A stretch of 64,000 nucleotides of DNA from an uncultured Thermoanaerobaculia bacterium (GTDB taxonomy: Bacteria > Acidobacteriota > Thermoanaerobaculia > Thermoanaerobaculales > Sulfomarinibacteraceae), in assembly GCA_964609835.1 (NCBI GenBank), contig CAZSTH010000007.1:7309-71308 (forward strand). Direction: 5' to 3'. The notes under the pieces were generated by a model, which was given only the letters and a program-made list of their open reading frames with translations, made no database searches and was not told the origin of the DNA. Position numbers and translations under genes: made by a program. Shown here in pieces: positions 37,163-47,617 of the stretch. Position 1 is the first letter of the stretch. The number at the start of each line of letters is the position of its first letter.

Positions 37163-37840
37163 TCACTTCTCGGTGGGGGTCTCGAGGTACCTGGACACGA
37201 GCCCCGCCCATTGCCGGAGGATTCGTTCCACTTCAGCAACGTTGCCCACGCTGCTGGTTGGTTGCGAGCTCCCTGTCGTGTCGGCTCTCCGGTGGTCGAT
37301 CACCCGCCCCACGCTTCGGCCGGACCCAGAGTCCACGATTTCGAGGCGGAGCGTCATCCTCGCAGGAATGTCGGTGAAGCTCGTCGCTCGGCCGGGAGAA
37401 TTGACGTCCGGTGCGGTGATGTCGAGCTCGACTATTTCCGGTCGGATGATCAGGGTTTGCCCTTTCCCGGGCGGCGTAGCATCCTCGGGCTCCAATTTTT
37501 CGAGTTCAAAAGCGAAGATGAAACGGCAATGATCCCCAACGATCTGTTTGATCCGATCCATGTCCTGTGCGGTCACCCGTTGGGATGGCCCGCGATCCCG
37601 GTTCTGGTCGCGCAGCCAGTTGTCGCGGAACCGCACGGCGCACTTCTCGACGACGACGTGCCGGTAATCCCGGAGATCGAAAGCCGGCGCTCGATAGGCC
37701 GCGTCGAGCGCTGTTCGGGCGACGCGTACAAGCCCGTCTTCGCTCTCCTCCGGGTATCTGCTGGAGGTGCAGCCGGACGCCACGAGTATCGCCGCAGCGA
37801 GCCCAAGGAATCGAATGGCTCCGATCACCGGGGATCTCAT
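37163..37840 (-). CDS. Lipoprotein, DUF3313-like
   Basis: Lipobox VASGC; EDGLVRV, LDITAPD and MTLRLEIVDSGSG segments. Confidence 0.65.
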   Translation of the reverse strand: MRSPVIGAIRFLGLAAAILVASGCTSSRYPEESEDGLVRVARTALDAAYRAPAFDLRDYRHVVVEKCAVRFRDNWLRDQNRDRGPSQRVTAQDMDRIKQIVGDHCRFIFAFELEKLEPEDATPPGKGQTLIIRPEIVELDITAPDVNSPGRATSFTDIPARMTLRLEIVDSGSGRSVGRVIDHRRADTTGSSQPTSSVGNVAEVERILRQWAGLVSRYLETPTEK

Positions 37841-38955
37841 CGGCGGATGCTCCTTTCCCGTTCAGTGACCGACTTCGTGCGATCACTTCGAAGCTTCGTG
37901 CTGTGGGGTCGACGTCGGTCCGCCGCGAGCGGCACGTCACCCAAGGGTCCAGTCGATGCGCGGCGGACGATCTCTGCGGGGAGCCGGTGATCGGAGATCC
38001 GGGTCGCCCTCCCTTGCAGGAGGTCGAGCAGAAGGTCGGTCGCCAGCTTCGCGACCTCGACGACAGGCTGTCGCACGGTTGTCAACTTCGGCCACGCGTA
38101 GCCTGCGAAAGAGGCGTCATCGAAACCCGCGACCGAGAGATCGCGCGGGATCTCGAGCCCGAGCTCGTGTGCAACGGTCAACGAGGCCATTGCCATGTGA
38201 TCGTTGCTGGCGAAGATCGCAGTCGGCCGGGAACCGGGGGTGAGCAGGCGGCGGGCGCAGGCGTAGCCCGACTCATAGTCGAAGAGGCCCTGCTCCACGA
38301 GCGCCTTGTCGAATTCAATGCCATGCCGTGCGAGTGCCGCGCGATAACCGGTGAGTCGATCGTGGCTCGAGCCGTGATCGGGATGACCCATGATGAAGCC
38401 GATGCGGCGGTGACCGAGCCCGATCAGGTGTTCGGTCATTTCCTCTGCCGCTTCCTCGTCGGCGACGGAGATCTGCGGCAGTCCGGGTACGACTCGTTGC
38501 GATACCCGGACCGCGAGAATCCCCTGGCTGAGGATCTTCCGGATGAGCATCCGGCTGTCGGCCACGGGCTGCAGGACGACGAAGCCGTCGACCGTGGCCT
38601 GGTGGTGGAGGTCGAGCACCTCATCGACCACCGATGGCGAATTGGCGTCACACGGATGGATGAGGAGGTCGTAGCTGCGCGCCCGGCAGGCTTGGAGAGC
38701 GCCGTGCTGAACCTCGGCCACGTAATCGGGGGCCTTCGGGTTGTCGTAGAGCAGGGCGATGACGAAGGCACGGTTGGCCGCCAGGCGGCGCGCCGAGAGG
38801 TTGGGACGGTACTCGAGCTCGGCCGCGGCATCCATGACCCTGTCGCGAGTGGCCGCGCTGACATTCGGTTCGTTGTTGACGACCCTGGAAACCGTCTTGA
38901 TGGACACGCCCGCGAGACGAGCGACATCTTCAATGGTCGGTCGTTTCTTCGTCAT
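37837..38955 (-). CDS. LacI family transcriptional regulator
   Basis: TIEDVARLAGVSIKTVSRV, YRPNLSAR, PTAIFASND, SVAGFDD and LTTVRQP. Confidence 0.95.
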   Translation of the reverse strand: MTKKRPTIEDVARLAGVSIKTVSRVVNNEPNVSAATRDRVMDAAAELEYRPNLSARRLAANRAFVIALLYDNPKAPDYVAEVQHGALQACRARSYDLLIHPCDANSPSVVDEVLDLHHQATVDGFVVLQPVADSRMLIRKILSQGILAVRVSQRVVPGLPQISVADEEAAEEMTEHLIGLGHRRIGFIMGHPDHGSSHDRLTGYRAALARHGIEFDKALVEQGLFDYESGYACARRLLTPGSRPTAIFASNDHMAMASLTVAHELGLEIPRDLSVAGFDDASFAGYAWPKLTTVRQPVVEVAKLATDLLLDLLQGRATRISDHRLPAEIVRRASTGPLGDVPLAADRRRPHSTKLRSDRTKSVTERERSIRR

Positions 38956-39165
38956 GGGCGCCCCCCGCCTGAAGCTCCGCCTCCGAGTCTCTCATACTCG
39001 GCCGCCACCCCGGGATGACTTGCTGCACACCGTGCCATTGTCGGCTCCCGTCGCTTACGCACCTGACCACGTCGGCTGACCAGATGCGCACCGAAGAACG
39101 ATTCTCAATTGTAGTCGAGTCAGGCGCTGCCATATTCTGAACTCCCGATAGATTCTTGCAGACTG

Positions 39166-39195
39166 TTGACAGCGCTGTCAATTCTGGGTTAGGCT
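39166..39195 (+). promoter_or_regulatory. LacI-type operator overlapping the -35 of the TBDR promoter
   Basis: Perfect palindrome TTGACAGCGCTGTCAA (39166-39181); TTGACA-N18-TAGGCT. Confidence 0.8.
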
Positions 39196-39500
39196 GCTGT
39201 TGAGTTGGCATGAAGTGGCTGGAGGCCAGCATGCTGAAGCCCGAGCGCCAGACCGCCGGACGAAGCCGCCCGATCGAAGCAACTTCGAGGGAGGTCGGCC
39301 CCTTCCATGCGCGGTTCGGCACGCGAGATTTCCCGCAGTTCCAGGGGACCCGACCGAGACAGTGCAGGCAGTCGATGATCGTACCGAACCGCTTGCCGCT
39401 GTCCCGCCGATGGGCCCCACGGCGTCATATTGCGGCTCTTCGAGGCTATCTGATCGAAGGGCCAAAGAATGCCCATCCATGCTCTTGGAAGGAGGAAGCC

Positions 39501-42290
39501 ATGGAGCACAAACGGATTTTGTGCGTTTTGTTCATCATCGCCGCGCTCGGCCTGTTCGGTGTGATTCCGGCAGCTGCGCAGAGCGCCGGGGAGGAACCTT
39601 CGACCGTCGATACCGAGGCGGAGGCGCAAGAAAAAGAAGATGCGACCGAACCATCGCAGGAGGCTGCCATCCAACAGGCGATGGAACGGTCGTTCGAGGG
39701 CGAGGTCGTGGTCACCGCGACGCGGGTCGAGACCGAACTGATGAAGACATCCATCTCGGTCAGCGCATTCGACCAGGACATTCTCGAACAGCAGCAGATC
39801 AGGAATGTCCGTGACCTGTCGAACCTGGTGCCCAACATGGACATCGCCACCATCAATGGGCAGTCCACGCCCATCATCTCGATGCGCGGCGTGCGCTCCA
39901 CCAATGAAACCGAGCTCGGCGACCCGGCAGTCGGCGTCCACCTCGACGGCGTCTACTCTCCGCGGATGCAGGGTATCCTCGCACTGATGTTCGACAACGA
40001 GCGGGTCGAGGTCCTGCGCGGTCCCCAGGGCACCCTGTTCGGACGCAACTCGACGGTCGGAACCATCAACATCGTCACCGCCAAGCCCGACTTCAGCGAC
40101 ACCTACGGGCGGGCCGACGTGCTGTTCGGCAACTTCAACTCGCGCGAGTTCCAGGGCATGTTCAACCTTCCGGTGACCGACAACTTCGCGATCCGGGTGG
40201 CTGGCCGCATTTGGGAGCGAGACTCCTACATCGACGGATACTACGATCCCAACCAGTACGATCAGCGGTATATCGCGGGGCTGGTCGACGGCGCCCAGGT
40301 GATCGCCCCGGGATCCTTCGGAGAATGCACGGATCCCAGGTGCTACACGCGCACGCAGCACTCGAACTGGTGGATTGACTGGGTCGGTGCCGACAACGGT
40401 TGGGCCGGATACGACATCCGGGAGCTCGTCGAGGCTGACCCCAGCGACTTCTACCTCAACGCCGACGAGTGGGCCTACCGGATCAGCGCGCTGTGGGAGC
40501 CAGCCGACAATTTGTCGCTGAATCTGAGCTACCAGCAGTTCCGCAACGACAGCGCTGGTGGTATCGATCTGGTCAACTGCGACAAGCTTCGCGGCCGGCC
40601 GGTTCGGGATGACGACGGCAACATCATCGGCACCGATGACTGCTCTGACATCTTCCCGGCCGACAACACCTACCAGGCAGTGGTCAACGTGCCCGGAAGG
40701 CTCTTCCTGGACATCAAGTACCTGCGCGCGCGGCTCGACTGGGAGCTCGGCGAGAACCTCGATCTCGTGTACCTCGGAGGCGCGGAGGACCAGGACAGAG
40801 AGTCGGCCCAGGACATGGAGCAGGGCCTCAACGCGTGGGACGGAGCGATGTTCTTCCTCCCGGGCACCGGGTCCAAGTCGTGGTCGAACGAGCTCCAGCT
40901 GCAATCCTACGGCGACAAGAAGTTCAACTGGATCGCCGGCGCCAACTACTTCCACGAGAAGACGACGACCCTCGGCTACTATGACAACCCGATCAATGAC
41001 AAGGCCATGTGGGACCAGCCGGACCGGTCCACCGATGCGTGGGCGTTGTTTGCCCAGGGCACCTACTCCTTCACCGATCAGTGGCATCTGACTCTCGGTT
41101 ACCGCCACAGCGACGAGACCAAAGAGGACGTCGGCGGCCGCACATGGACCTGCACCAACGACAACGGCTGCGCGCCCGGCTGGTGGGCGCGGGATACCCT
41201 CAATAGCCTGCCGACCGACTACTTCGAGGACCGCAGCGTCTATCCGGAGTACAGTGCGAACGACAACAAGGGCTCGTGGAATCACGACGACTGGCGCCTC
41301 GGTCTGGACCTGGATCTCAACAGAAACCACCTGTTCTATACCTACCTTGCGACCGGTTTCAAGGCGGGCGGCATCGGCGACGTCTTCCACGAAACCAACC
41401 CCCGCACCGGCGAGGAGATCAACGTGCAGACGTCGTTCGGCCCCGAGGAGGTTCTCACCTGGGAGCTGGGTTTCAAGAGCCGGTTCTTCAACAACAGGCT
41501 CAGCTTGAGGGGCGCGTACTTCTACACCGACTTCGAGGACATGCAGTACGCGTCGGTGGGCGCGATCGCCTTCACCGATCGCTGGGTGGCCCTGCTCGAC
41601 GATGACGATCAGCCGATCCTCGACGATGACGGTCAACCGGTCTTCGGATGGGAGACCGCGCCGATCATCGCCTACTTCACCCAGAACGTGCCCGGCGCCG
41701 AAATTCAGGGCTTCGAGCTCGAGTATGACTGGAGCCCCTGGCCGGGCGGTCGGCTCTTCGGGTACGCCTCGTGGCTCGACACCGAGATCACCGAGGACTG
41801 GATCACCAAGTGGAACTACGACGCGGTGTCGTACTTCGGGATCACCTATGAGGAGTCGATCGATCCCGAAAATCCGATTCTCGAGGTCAATCTCAAAGGG
41901 AACGAGCTCGCGGTCTCACCGCCGTTCAAGTTCCACTTGATCGGTGAGCACACCTTCGACTTCGGCGCCCGCGGGTCGCTGCAGCCGTGGGCCACCTTCC
42001 ACTGGGAGGACGATGCCTACCTGACGATCTGGAATGTCGACAAGCACACCGATGACATGGACTTCGCCATTCCCGACGAGGACATCAAATACACCGATGA
42101 CAAACGCGAGTCCTTCTACACGGTCGATGCCGGTTTGCGCTTCTTCTTCAAGAAGTGGATATTCGAGGCCTACGGCTACAACCTGACCGATGAGGTCATT
42201 CAGTACTGGGGCGGTGCAGCCGAGGGTGTGGCCAAGGGCAGCTTCAGTGTCCCGAGGACCTACGGGGTCCGCATCGGCTACAATTTCTGA
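39501..42290 (+). CDS. TonB-dependent receptor
   Basis: Signal peptide, TonB box-like EVVVTATR, plug motif ERVEVLRGPQGTLFGRN, GFKAGG and C-terminal PRTYGVRIGYNF; SD GGAGG. Confidence 0.95.
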   Translation: MEHKRILCVLFIIAALGLFGVIPAAAQSAGEEPSTVDTEAEAQEKEDATEPSQEAAIQQAMERSFEGEVVVTATRVETELMKTSISVSAFDQDILEQQQIRNVRDLSNLVPNMDIATINGQSTPIISMRGVRSTNETELGDPAVGVHLDGVYSPRMQGILALMFDNERVEVLRGPQGTLFGRNSTVGTINIVTAKPDFSDTYGRADVLFGNFNSREFQGMFNLPVTDNFAIRVAGRIWERDSYIDGYYDPNQYDQRYIAGLVDGAQVIAPGSFGECTDPRCYTRTQHSNWWIDWVGADNGWAGYDIRELVEADPSDFYLNADEWAYRISALWEPADNLSLNLSYQQFRNDSAGGIDLVNCDKLRGRPVRDDDGNIIGTDDCSDIFPADNTYQAVVNVPGRLFLDIKYLRARLDWELGENLDLVYLGGAEDQDRESAQDMEQGLNAWDGAMFFLPGTGSKSWSNELQLQSYGDKKFNWIAGANYFHEKTTTLGYYDNPINDKAMWDQPDRSTDAWALFAQGTYSFTDQWHLTLGYRHSDETKEDVGGRTWTCTNDNGCAPGWWARDTLNSLPTDYFEDRSVYPEYSANDNKGSWNHDDWRLGLDLDLNRNHLFYTYLATGFKAGGIGDVFHETNPRTGEEINVQTSFGPEEVLTWELGFKSRFFNNRLSLRGAYFYTDFEDMQYASVGAIAFTDRWVALLDDDDQPILDDDGQPVFGWETAPIIAYFTQNVPGAEIQGFELEYDWSPWPGGRLFGYASWLDTEITEDWITKWNYDAVSYFGITYEESIDPENPILEVNLKGNELAVSPPFKFHLIGEHTFDFGARGSLQPWATFHWEDDAYLTIWNVDKHTDDMDFAIPDEDIKYTDDKRESFYTVDAGLRFFFKKWIFEAYGYNLTDEVIQYWGGAAEGVAKGSFSVPRTYGVRIGYNF

Positions 42291-42303
42291 GTTCTCGACC
42301 CTG

Positions 42304-42341
42304 CCGGGCGCCGCTCCGCAGGGAGCGGCGCCCGGGCTTTT
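42304..42341 (+). terminator. Intrinsic terminator/attenuator after the TBDR gene
   Basis: CCGGGCGCCGCTCC-GCAG-GGAGCGGCGCCCGG followed by GCTTTT. Confidence 0.8.
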
Positions 42342-42387
42342 GTCGGTCCGAGCTCGCTCGTAGGCCGACCATCTCCCGGAGGCTCGC

Positions 42388-44673
42388 GTGCGTCGACTCG
42401 TTGGTGCGCTGGTTTCGTGTCTGATCATCTTCATTCCGCCGAGTGCGCGATCGGCAGATCAGGACCACATCGAGAAGCGCGTTGACACTCTCCTCGAACG
42501 CATGACGCTCGAGGAGAAGGTTGGACAGCTGAACCAGTACAGCGAGACCTTCGATCTCACCGGGCCGCCTCCCGCCGCCGGAGGTGCGCAGGAACGGCTG
42601 CAGCGGATTCAGAACGGCCGGGTGGGCTCGATGCTCAACGTGAGCGGCGCCGAAGCCACCTGCCGCGCTCAGCGGCTGGCAGTCGAAAACTCCCGACTCG
42701 CGATTCCCATGCTCTTCGGTCTGGACGTCATCCACGGCTACCGGACCATGTTCCCGATCCCCCTCGGCGAGGCCGCGAGCTTCGACCTCGAGGCCATCGA
42801 GCTGTCGGCGCGTGTCGCCGCCACCGAGGCGGCCGCTGCCGGCCTGCACTGGACCTTCGCCCCGATGGTCGACATCGCGCGCGACGCCCGCTGGGGCCGC
42901 ATCATGGAAGGGGCCGGCGAGGACCCCTTTCTGGGAGCGGCCGTGGCTGCGGCGCGGGTGCGCGGCTTCCAGGGGGAAGAACTCCATGCGCTCGATACCA
43001 TCGCCGCCTGCGCCAAGCACTTCGCCGCCTACGGGTTCATCGAGGCCGGCCGCGAGTACAACACGGTCGACATCTCCGAGCACACCCTGAGAAACGTCGT
43101 GCTGCCGCCCTTCAAGGCCGCGGTCGATGCCGGCGTGGCCACGGTGATGACCTCATTCAGCGAGATCGGCGGCGTCCCGGCCACCGGCGATGCGCGCCTG
43201 CAGCGAGAGATCCTGAAGGGCGAGTGGGGCTTCGAGGGCTTCGTGGTCTCCGACTGGGACTCCATCGGCGAGATGACCTACCACGGAGTCGCCGCCGACG
43301 AAGGGGAGGCATCCGCGCTGGCCATCAAAGCCGGCTGCGACATGGACATGGAGTCGTCGGCGTACATCGAGCATCTCGCGGCTCTGGTGGAGAGCGGCGT
43401 GGTCGAGGAGTCCCTTGTGGACGATGCGGTCCGACGCGTGCTGAGGGTCAAGTTTCGGCTCGGCCTGTTCGAGGACCCCTATCGCTACTGTGCCGGGGCG
43501 CGTGAAGAGTCGGTCCTGCTCAGCGAGCCGCACCTGGCGGCAGCTTGCGATGTGGCGCGAAAATCCATCGTGCTCCTGAAGAACGACGGCGCAGTGCTGC
43601 CCCTGGCGAAGACGGGCGGCTCCATCGCCGTGATCGGGAGCCTCGCAGCGGACAAGGACAGTCCTCTCGGCAGCTGGCGGGGCAGGGCCATTCCCGATTC
43701 GGCGGTGTCGCTGCTGGAGGGCATTCGGGCTGCGGTTGGCGAAGGGGTTCGCGTCTCCTACGCCGAGGGCGCCCCCCTGGTGACGGGCGAGAGGTCCTTC
43801 ATCGAAGAGCTCGAGCTCAACGAGGACGACCGATCGGGATTTCCTGAAGCGGTCGCCGCGGCGAAGAGTGCCGACGTGGTCATCATCGCCGTGGGCGAGG
43901 AGGCTTTTCAATCGGGAGAGGCCCGGTCGGTCGTCGACCTGCGCCTCAAGGGGGTTCAGGAAGACCTGCTGAAAGCCGTTCACGAGGCCAACCCGAACGT
44001 GGTGGTGGTCGTGATGAGCGGCCGTCCCCTGGTGCTCACCTGGGCGGCCGGGCACGTGCCCGCCATCTTGCAGTGCTGGCATCTCGGCTCCGAGGCCGGC
44101 CACGCGATCGCCGATGTGCTCTTCGGCGACCACAATCCCTCGGGCAAGCTGCCCGTTTCCTTCCCCCGGCACGGCGGCCAGGAGCCGCTGTACTACAACC
44201 ACAAGAACACCGGCCGCCCGGCCACCGAGGGCGACGTCTTCTGGTCCCACTACAGCGACGAGTCGAACGAGCCCCTGTATCCCTTCGGCTTCGGGCTCAG
44301 CTACACCACCTTCGAGATCTCGGAGCCCGAGATCTCGAGTGCCTCGTTGGCGATGGACGGCGAGCTCGTGGTCACGGCGACGGTGAAGAACACCGGCGAA
44401 CGTGCCGGCGCGGAGGTGGTGCAGCTCTATGTGCGCGACCTGGTCGGCAGCGTTACCCGGCCGGTGAAGGAGCTCAAGGGTTTTGCCCGGGTCGAGCTCG
44501 ATCCGGGTGCGTCGACCACGGTCCGCTTCACCCTCACCGCCGATGACCTGGCGTTCTACAACAAGCGCGAACGGTGGGAAGCCGAGCCCGGTGACTTCGT
44601 GGTTCTCGTGGGCTCGAGCTCCGAGGATCTCAAGGAGGCTCGATTCACCCTGGCCGCACCGTCCTCAGACTGA
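42388..44673 (+). CDS. bglX: Periplasmic GH3 beta-glucosidase (BglX-like)
   Basis: MTLEEKVGQL, DVIHG, RDARWGR, KHFAAYG, nucleophile motif VVSDW, PLYPFGFGLSY and a C-terminal Fn3-like domain. Confidence 0.92.
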   Translation: MRRLVGALVSCLIIFIPPSARSADQDHIEKRVDTLLERMTLEEKVGQLNQYSETFDLTGPPPAAGGAQERLQRIQNGRVGSMLNVSGAEATCRAQRLAVENSRLAIPMLFGLDVIHGYRTMFPIPLGEAASFDLEAIELSARVAATEAAAAGLHWTFAPMVDIARDARWGRIMEGAGEDPFLGAAVAAARVRGFQGEELHALDTIAACAKHFAAYGFIEAGREYNTVDISEHTLRNVVLPPFKAAVDAGVATVMTSFSEIGGVPATGDARLQREILKGEWGFEGFVVSDWDSIGEMTYHGVAADEGEASALAIKAGCDMDMESSAYIEHLAALVESGVVEESLVDDAVRRVLRVKFRLGLFEDPYRYCAGAREESVLLSEPHLAAACDVARKSIVLLKNDGAVLPLAKTGGSIAVIGSLAADKDSPLGSWRGRAIPDSAVSLLEGIRAAVGEGVRVSYAEGAPLVTGERSFIEELELNEDDRSGFPEAVAAAKSADVVIIAVGEEAFQSGEARSVVDLRLKGVQEDLLKAVHEANPNVVVVVMSGRPLVLTWAAGHVPAILQCWHLGSEAGHAIADVLFGDHNPSGKLPVSFPRHGGQEPLYYNHKNTGRPATEGDVFWSHYSDESNEPLYPFGFGLSYTTFEISEPEISSASLAMDGELVVTATVKNTGERAGAEVVQLYVRDLVGSVTRPVKELKGFARVELDPGASTTVRFTLTADDLAFYNKRERWEAEPGDFVVLVGSSSEDLKEARFTLAAPSSD

Positions 44674-44717
44674 GGAGCCGGGACGGTCATCACCACGAAT
44701 CCGTCCGGAGCCACGCC

Positions 44718-46139
44718 ATGACCACACCCAGGTCCACCTTGTCCGCCAGGGAAAAGCTCGGCTACGGGCTCGGTGACACCGCATCGCACTTCGTGTGGGA
44801 CATGGTGGGTTTCTGGATCCTCATCTTCTACACCGACACCTTCGGCATCTCAGCCGCCGCCGCCGGCACCATCATGCTCGCCGCCCGCATCTGGGACATG
44901 GCCAACGACCCCCTGATGGGCATCATCGCCGACCGGACGAGCACGCGCTGGGGCAAGTTCCGCCCCTATCTGCTGTGGGTCTCGCTGCCGTACGCCTTCC
45001 TCGCCGTTATGGCCTTTTCGACCCCGGACCTCGGCTCCACCGGCAAGGTGATCTACGCCGCCGTCACCTACATGCTGCTGATGACCGCCTACACGGCCAT
45101 CAATCTACCCTACTCGTCCCTCGGCGCGGTGATGACGGCCGACGGCTACGAGCGCACGAGCCTCAACACCTATCGCTTCATTTGCGCGTTCGCCGGCCAG
45201 TTGCTGGTGGCGGGCCTCGCGCTGACCATGGCCAGGCGCCTCGGCGGCGGGGATGACGCCCGCGGCTACCAGCTGACCCTGGTGGTATTCGGGATCGTCA
45301 GCTTCGTTTTGTTCATGGTTACGTTCGCGTCGACCAAGGAGAGGATCCAGCCCCCCCGGGGGCAACGAGCGTCCCTGACGCAGGACCTCAAGATCCTCTT
45401 CGCCAACCGGCCGTGGATCATCCTTTCCGCGGTGGGCCTGGTGTCGTTCGTGATGTTCGCCCTGCAGAACGCCTCGGTCGCCTACTACTTCAAGTACTTC
45501 GTCGGCGATGCCGAGAACGTCCAGCTCTTCAACGTCATCGGCAGTGTCGCCCTGATCGCCGGTCTGCCGCTGTCCAAACCCCTTGCCCAACGGTTCGGCA
45601 AGCGCAACGTCTTCATCGGCAGCTCGCTGGTGTCGGGTCTCTGCTTCAGCCTTTTGATCCTACCGGGTGCGAGCAACATCGCCGCCATCTACCTGCTCAA
45701 CATCCTCGCCAAGATCACCTACGCACCCGCGGTGCCGCTGTTGTGGACCATGCTCGCTGACACTGCCGATTACTCGGAGTGGACCACGGGACGGCGCGCG
45801 ACGGGCCTGTTCTTCTCGGCATCCACCTTCGCCCAGAAGGGCGGCTGGGGCATCGGCGGCGCTCTCGCCGGCTGGCTGCTGGCCTCCTTCGGCTACGTCG
45901 AGCAGAGCCCGGTACAGAGCAGCCAGGCGATCACCGGCATCCGGCTGATGATCTCGGTCTTCCCGGGCCTCCTCTACATGTCCTGCGCCGCATTCCTCGC
46001 CTTCTACCGGCTCGACGCTGCGACCTGCCGGCAGATGGAGGCGGAGCTGGAGGCTCGCCGTTCGCACCAGGCGGCGTCCGAGGTCGACCCGCGGGGTCAA
46101 TCCGCCGAAACCACCAACCGCCACGGAGACAGCACATGA
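44718..46139 (+). CDS. MFS glycoside-pentoside-hexuronide:cation symporter
   Basis: EKLGYGLGD, WDMANDPLMGIIADRT and RWGKFRPY; multiple TMs. Confidence 0.9.
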   Translation: MTTPRSTLSAREKLGYGLGDTASHFVWDMVGFWILIFYTDTFGISAAAAGTIMLAARIWDMANDPLMGIIADRTSTRWGKFRPYLLWVSLPYAFLAVMAFSTPDLGSTGKVIYAAVTYMLLMTAYTAINLPYSSLGAVMTADGYERTSLNTYRFICAFAGQLLVAGLALTMARRLGGGDDARGYQLTLVVFGIVSFVLFMVTFASTKERIQPPRGQRASLTQDLKILFANRPWIILSAVGLVSFVMFALQNASVAYYFKYFVGDAENVQLFNVIGSVALIAGLPLSKPLAQRFGKRNVFIGSSLVSGLCFSLLILPGASNIAAIYLLNILAKITYAPAVPLLWTMLADTADYSEWTTGRRATGLFFSASTFAQKGGWGIGGALAGWLLASFGYVEQSPVQSSQAITGIRLMISVFPGLLYMSCAAFLAFYRLDAATCRQMEAELEARRSHQAASEVDPRGQSAETTNRHGDST

Positions 46140-47617
46140 GGTTCCGCACTCACGTCGCCCTGACCGCCCTCTGGCTCATCGTGCCGATGGCCGCGCCGGC
46201 GGAGACCCCGTCCGGGCTCGATGCCATGGGACCCGAGTGGCGGGGCAACGCCATCTCCTACTCCGGCTACCGCGAGGGCCAGAGTCCCCGCGACCGGATT
46301 TATCCGAGCCAGGCCGAGATCCTCGAAGATCTCAGAATTCTCGAGAAACACTGGTCGCTGATCCGTACCTATGCCACCGATCAGCACAGCCGCGACGTGC
46401 TCGAGGTCATCCGGCGGGAAGGCATCGATCTCAAGGTGATGCTGGGGGCCTACTTCGCCAGGGAGCCCGGCGGCGAGGCCGAGAACGAGCGGCAGGTTCG
46501 GGACTGCATCGAGCTCGCCAATGCCTATCCTGACGTGGTCGTCGCCGTCAACGTCGGCAACGAGGCCCTCATCGACTGGTCGTTCGCGCCGGTGCCGGAG
46601 TACCGGGTCAGGAGGTTCGTGCGCCAGGTGCGGAAGGGCGTGTCGGTCCCCGTCACGGTGGCAGACAACTACGCCTACTGGCGGGACCACGGCAAGGACA
46701 TGGCCGAGCTGGTGGACTTCGTCACCGTCCACACCTACCCCATCTGGGAGAAGAAGGACGTCGACGAAGGGCTGAGCTACGCCATTCAGAACGTGGAGGA
46801 CGTCCGCCGCGCCCTGCCGGGCGCGACGATCGTCATCGGCGAGGCCGGCTGGGCCACGTATGCGGTGGGCAACCAGCACGTGCCGCGCGCCGGCACCGAG
46901 GAGAAGCAGCGCCGCTACTTCGAGGAGCTGACGGCCTGGGGAAAACGGGAGGGCATCACCGTCTTCTGGTTCGAGGCGTTCGACGAGCCCTGGAAGGGGG
47001 AGGGCACCGAGGGCCACTGGGGCCTCTTCGACGTCCACCGCAAGGCCAAGCTCGCCATGCACGAGTGGTACCCCGAGCTGGTCTCCGACGCTCCCACGAG
47101 CCCCGAGTACACGGAGGAGGATTTCAACACCGGACGCTCGATCGGCGCCGCATTCGCCGAGAACATGGTGCCGTTGGTGGGCGGCGGTGGCGTCAACGCG
47201 GCAGCGGGCTGGGACGACGTGGTCACCATCGGGGAGAGTGACGACGCGATTGACGGCGACACCTCATTGAAGATGACCCACAACGGCGCCGATTGGGGCG
47301 GCGTCTTCCTCTACCTCGACGAACCATTCGACGTTTCGTCCTTCGGCCGCCTGGCGGTGAGCCTGAAGCTGCCGCCGAAGGCGGTCGAGCTCGAGATCAA
47401 GCTCGAAAGCCCCGGCGGCCGGGGCCAGGGCGTCAGCCTCAAGCGATTCGAAAAGTCGTCCCTGCGTGACGGCTGGGTGGACGTCTCGATTCCGCTCAAG
47501 AAGTATAAAAAACCCGATCTGAGCGAGGTGGTGATCATCGGGTTCTGGCATCCCAAGGACAAGTGGGGGCACTACGTCGCAGGCGATGTCCTCATCGACA
47601 ATATCCGCTTCGAGTGA
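46136..47617 (+). CDS. Secreted GH17 beta-1,3-glucanase with a C-terminal CBM-like beta-sandwich
   Basis: NAISYSGYREGQ, VNVGNEA (acid/base), IGEAGWAT (nucleophile) and FEAFDEPWK...HWGLF; C-terminal WGG...IDNIRFE. Confidence 0.85.
   Translation: MRFRTHVALTALWLIVPMAAPAETPSGLDAMGPEWRGNAISYSGYREGQSPRDRIYPSQAEILEDLRILEKHWSLIRTYATDQHSRDVLEVIRREGIDLKVMLGAYFAREPGGEAENERQVRDCIELANAYPDVVVAVNVGNEALIDWSFAPVPEYRVRRFVRQVRKGVSVPVTVADNYAYWRDHGKDMAELVDFVTVHTYPIWEKKDVDEGLSYAIQNVEDVRRALPGATIVIGEAGWATYAVGNQHVPRAGTEEKQRRYFEELTAWGKREGITVFWFEAFDEPWKGEGTEGHWGLFDVHRKAKLAMHEWYPELVSDAPTSPEYTEEDFNTGRSIGAAFAENMVPLVGGGGVNAAAGWDDVVTIGESDDAIDGDTSLKMTHNGADWGGVFLYLDEPFDVSSFGRLAVSLKLPPKAVELEIKLESPGGRGQGVSLKRFEKSSLRDGWVDVSIPLKKYKKPDLSEVVIIGFWHPKDKWGHYVAGDVLIDNIRFE

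Noticed and set aside
37000..39049. 12-bp direct repeat TTGTCGGCTCCC flanking the lipoprotein-lacI pair
   Set aside because: Short and GC-rich with no associated recombinase; may be chance.
39092..39110. GAAGAACGATTCTCAATT resembling a Fur-like or second LacI box
   Set aside because: Only a partial palindrome; too weak to call without comparative data.
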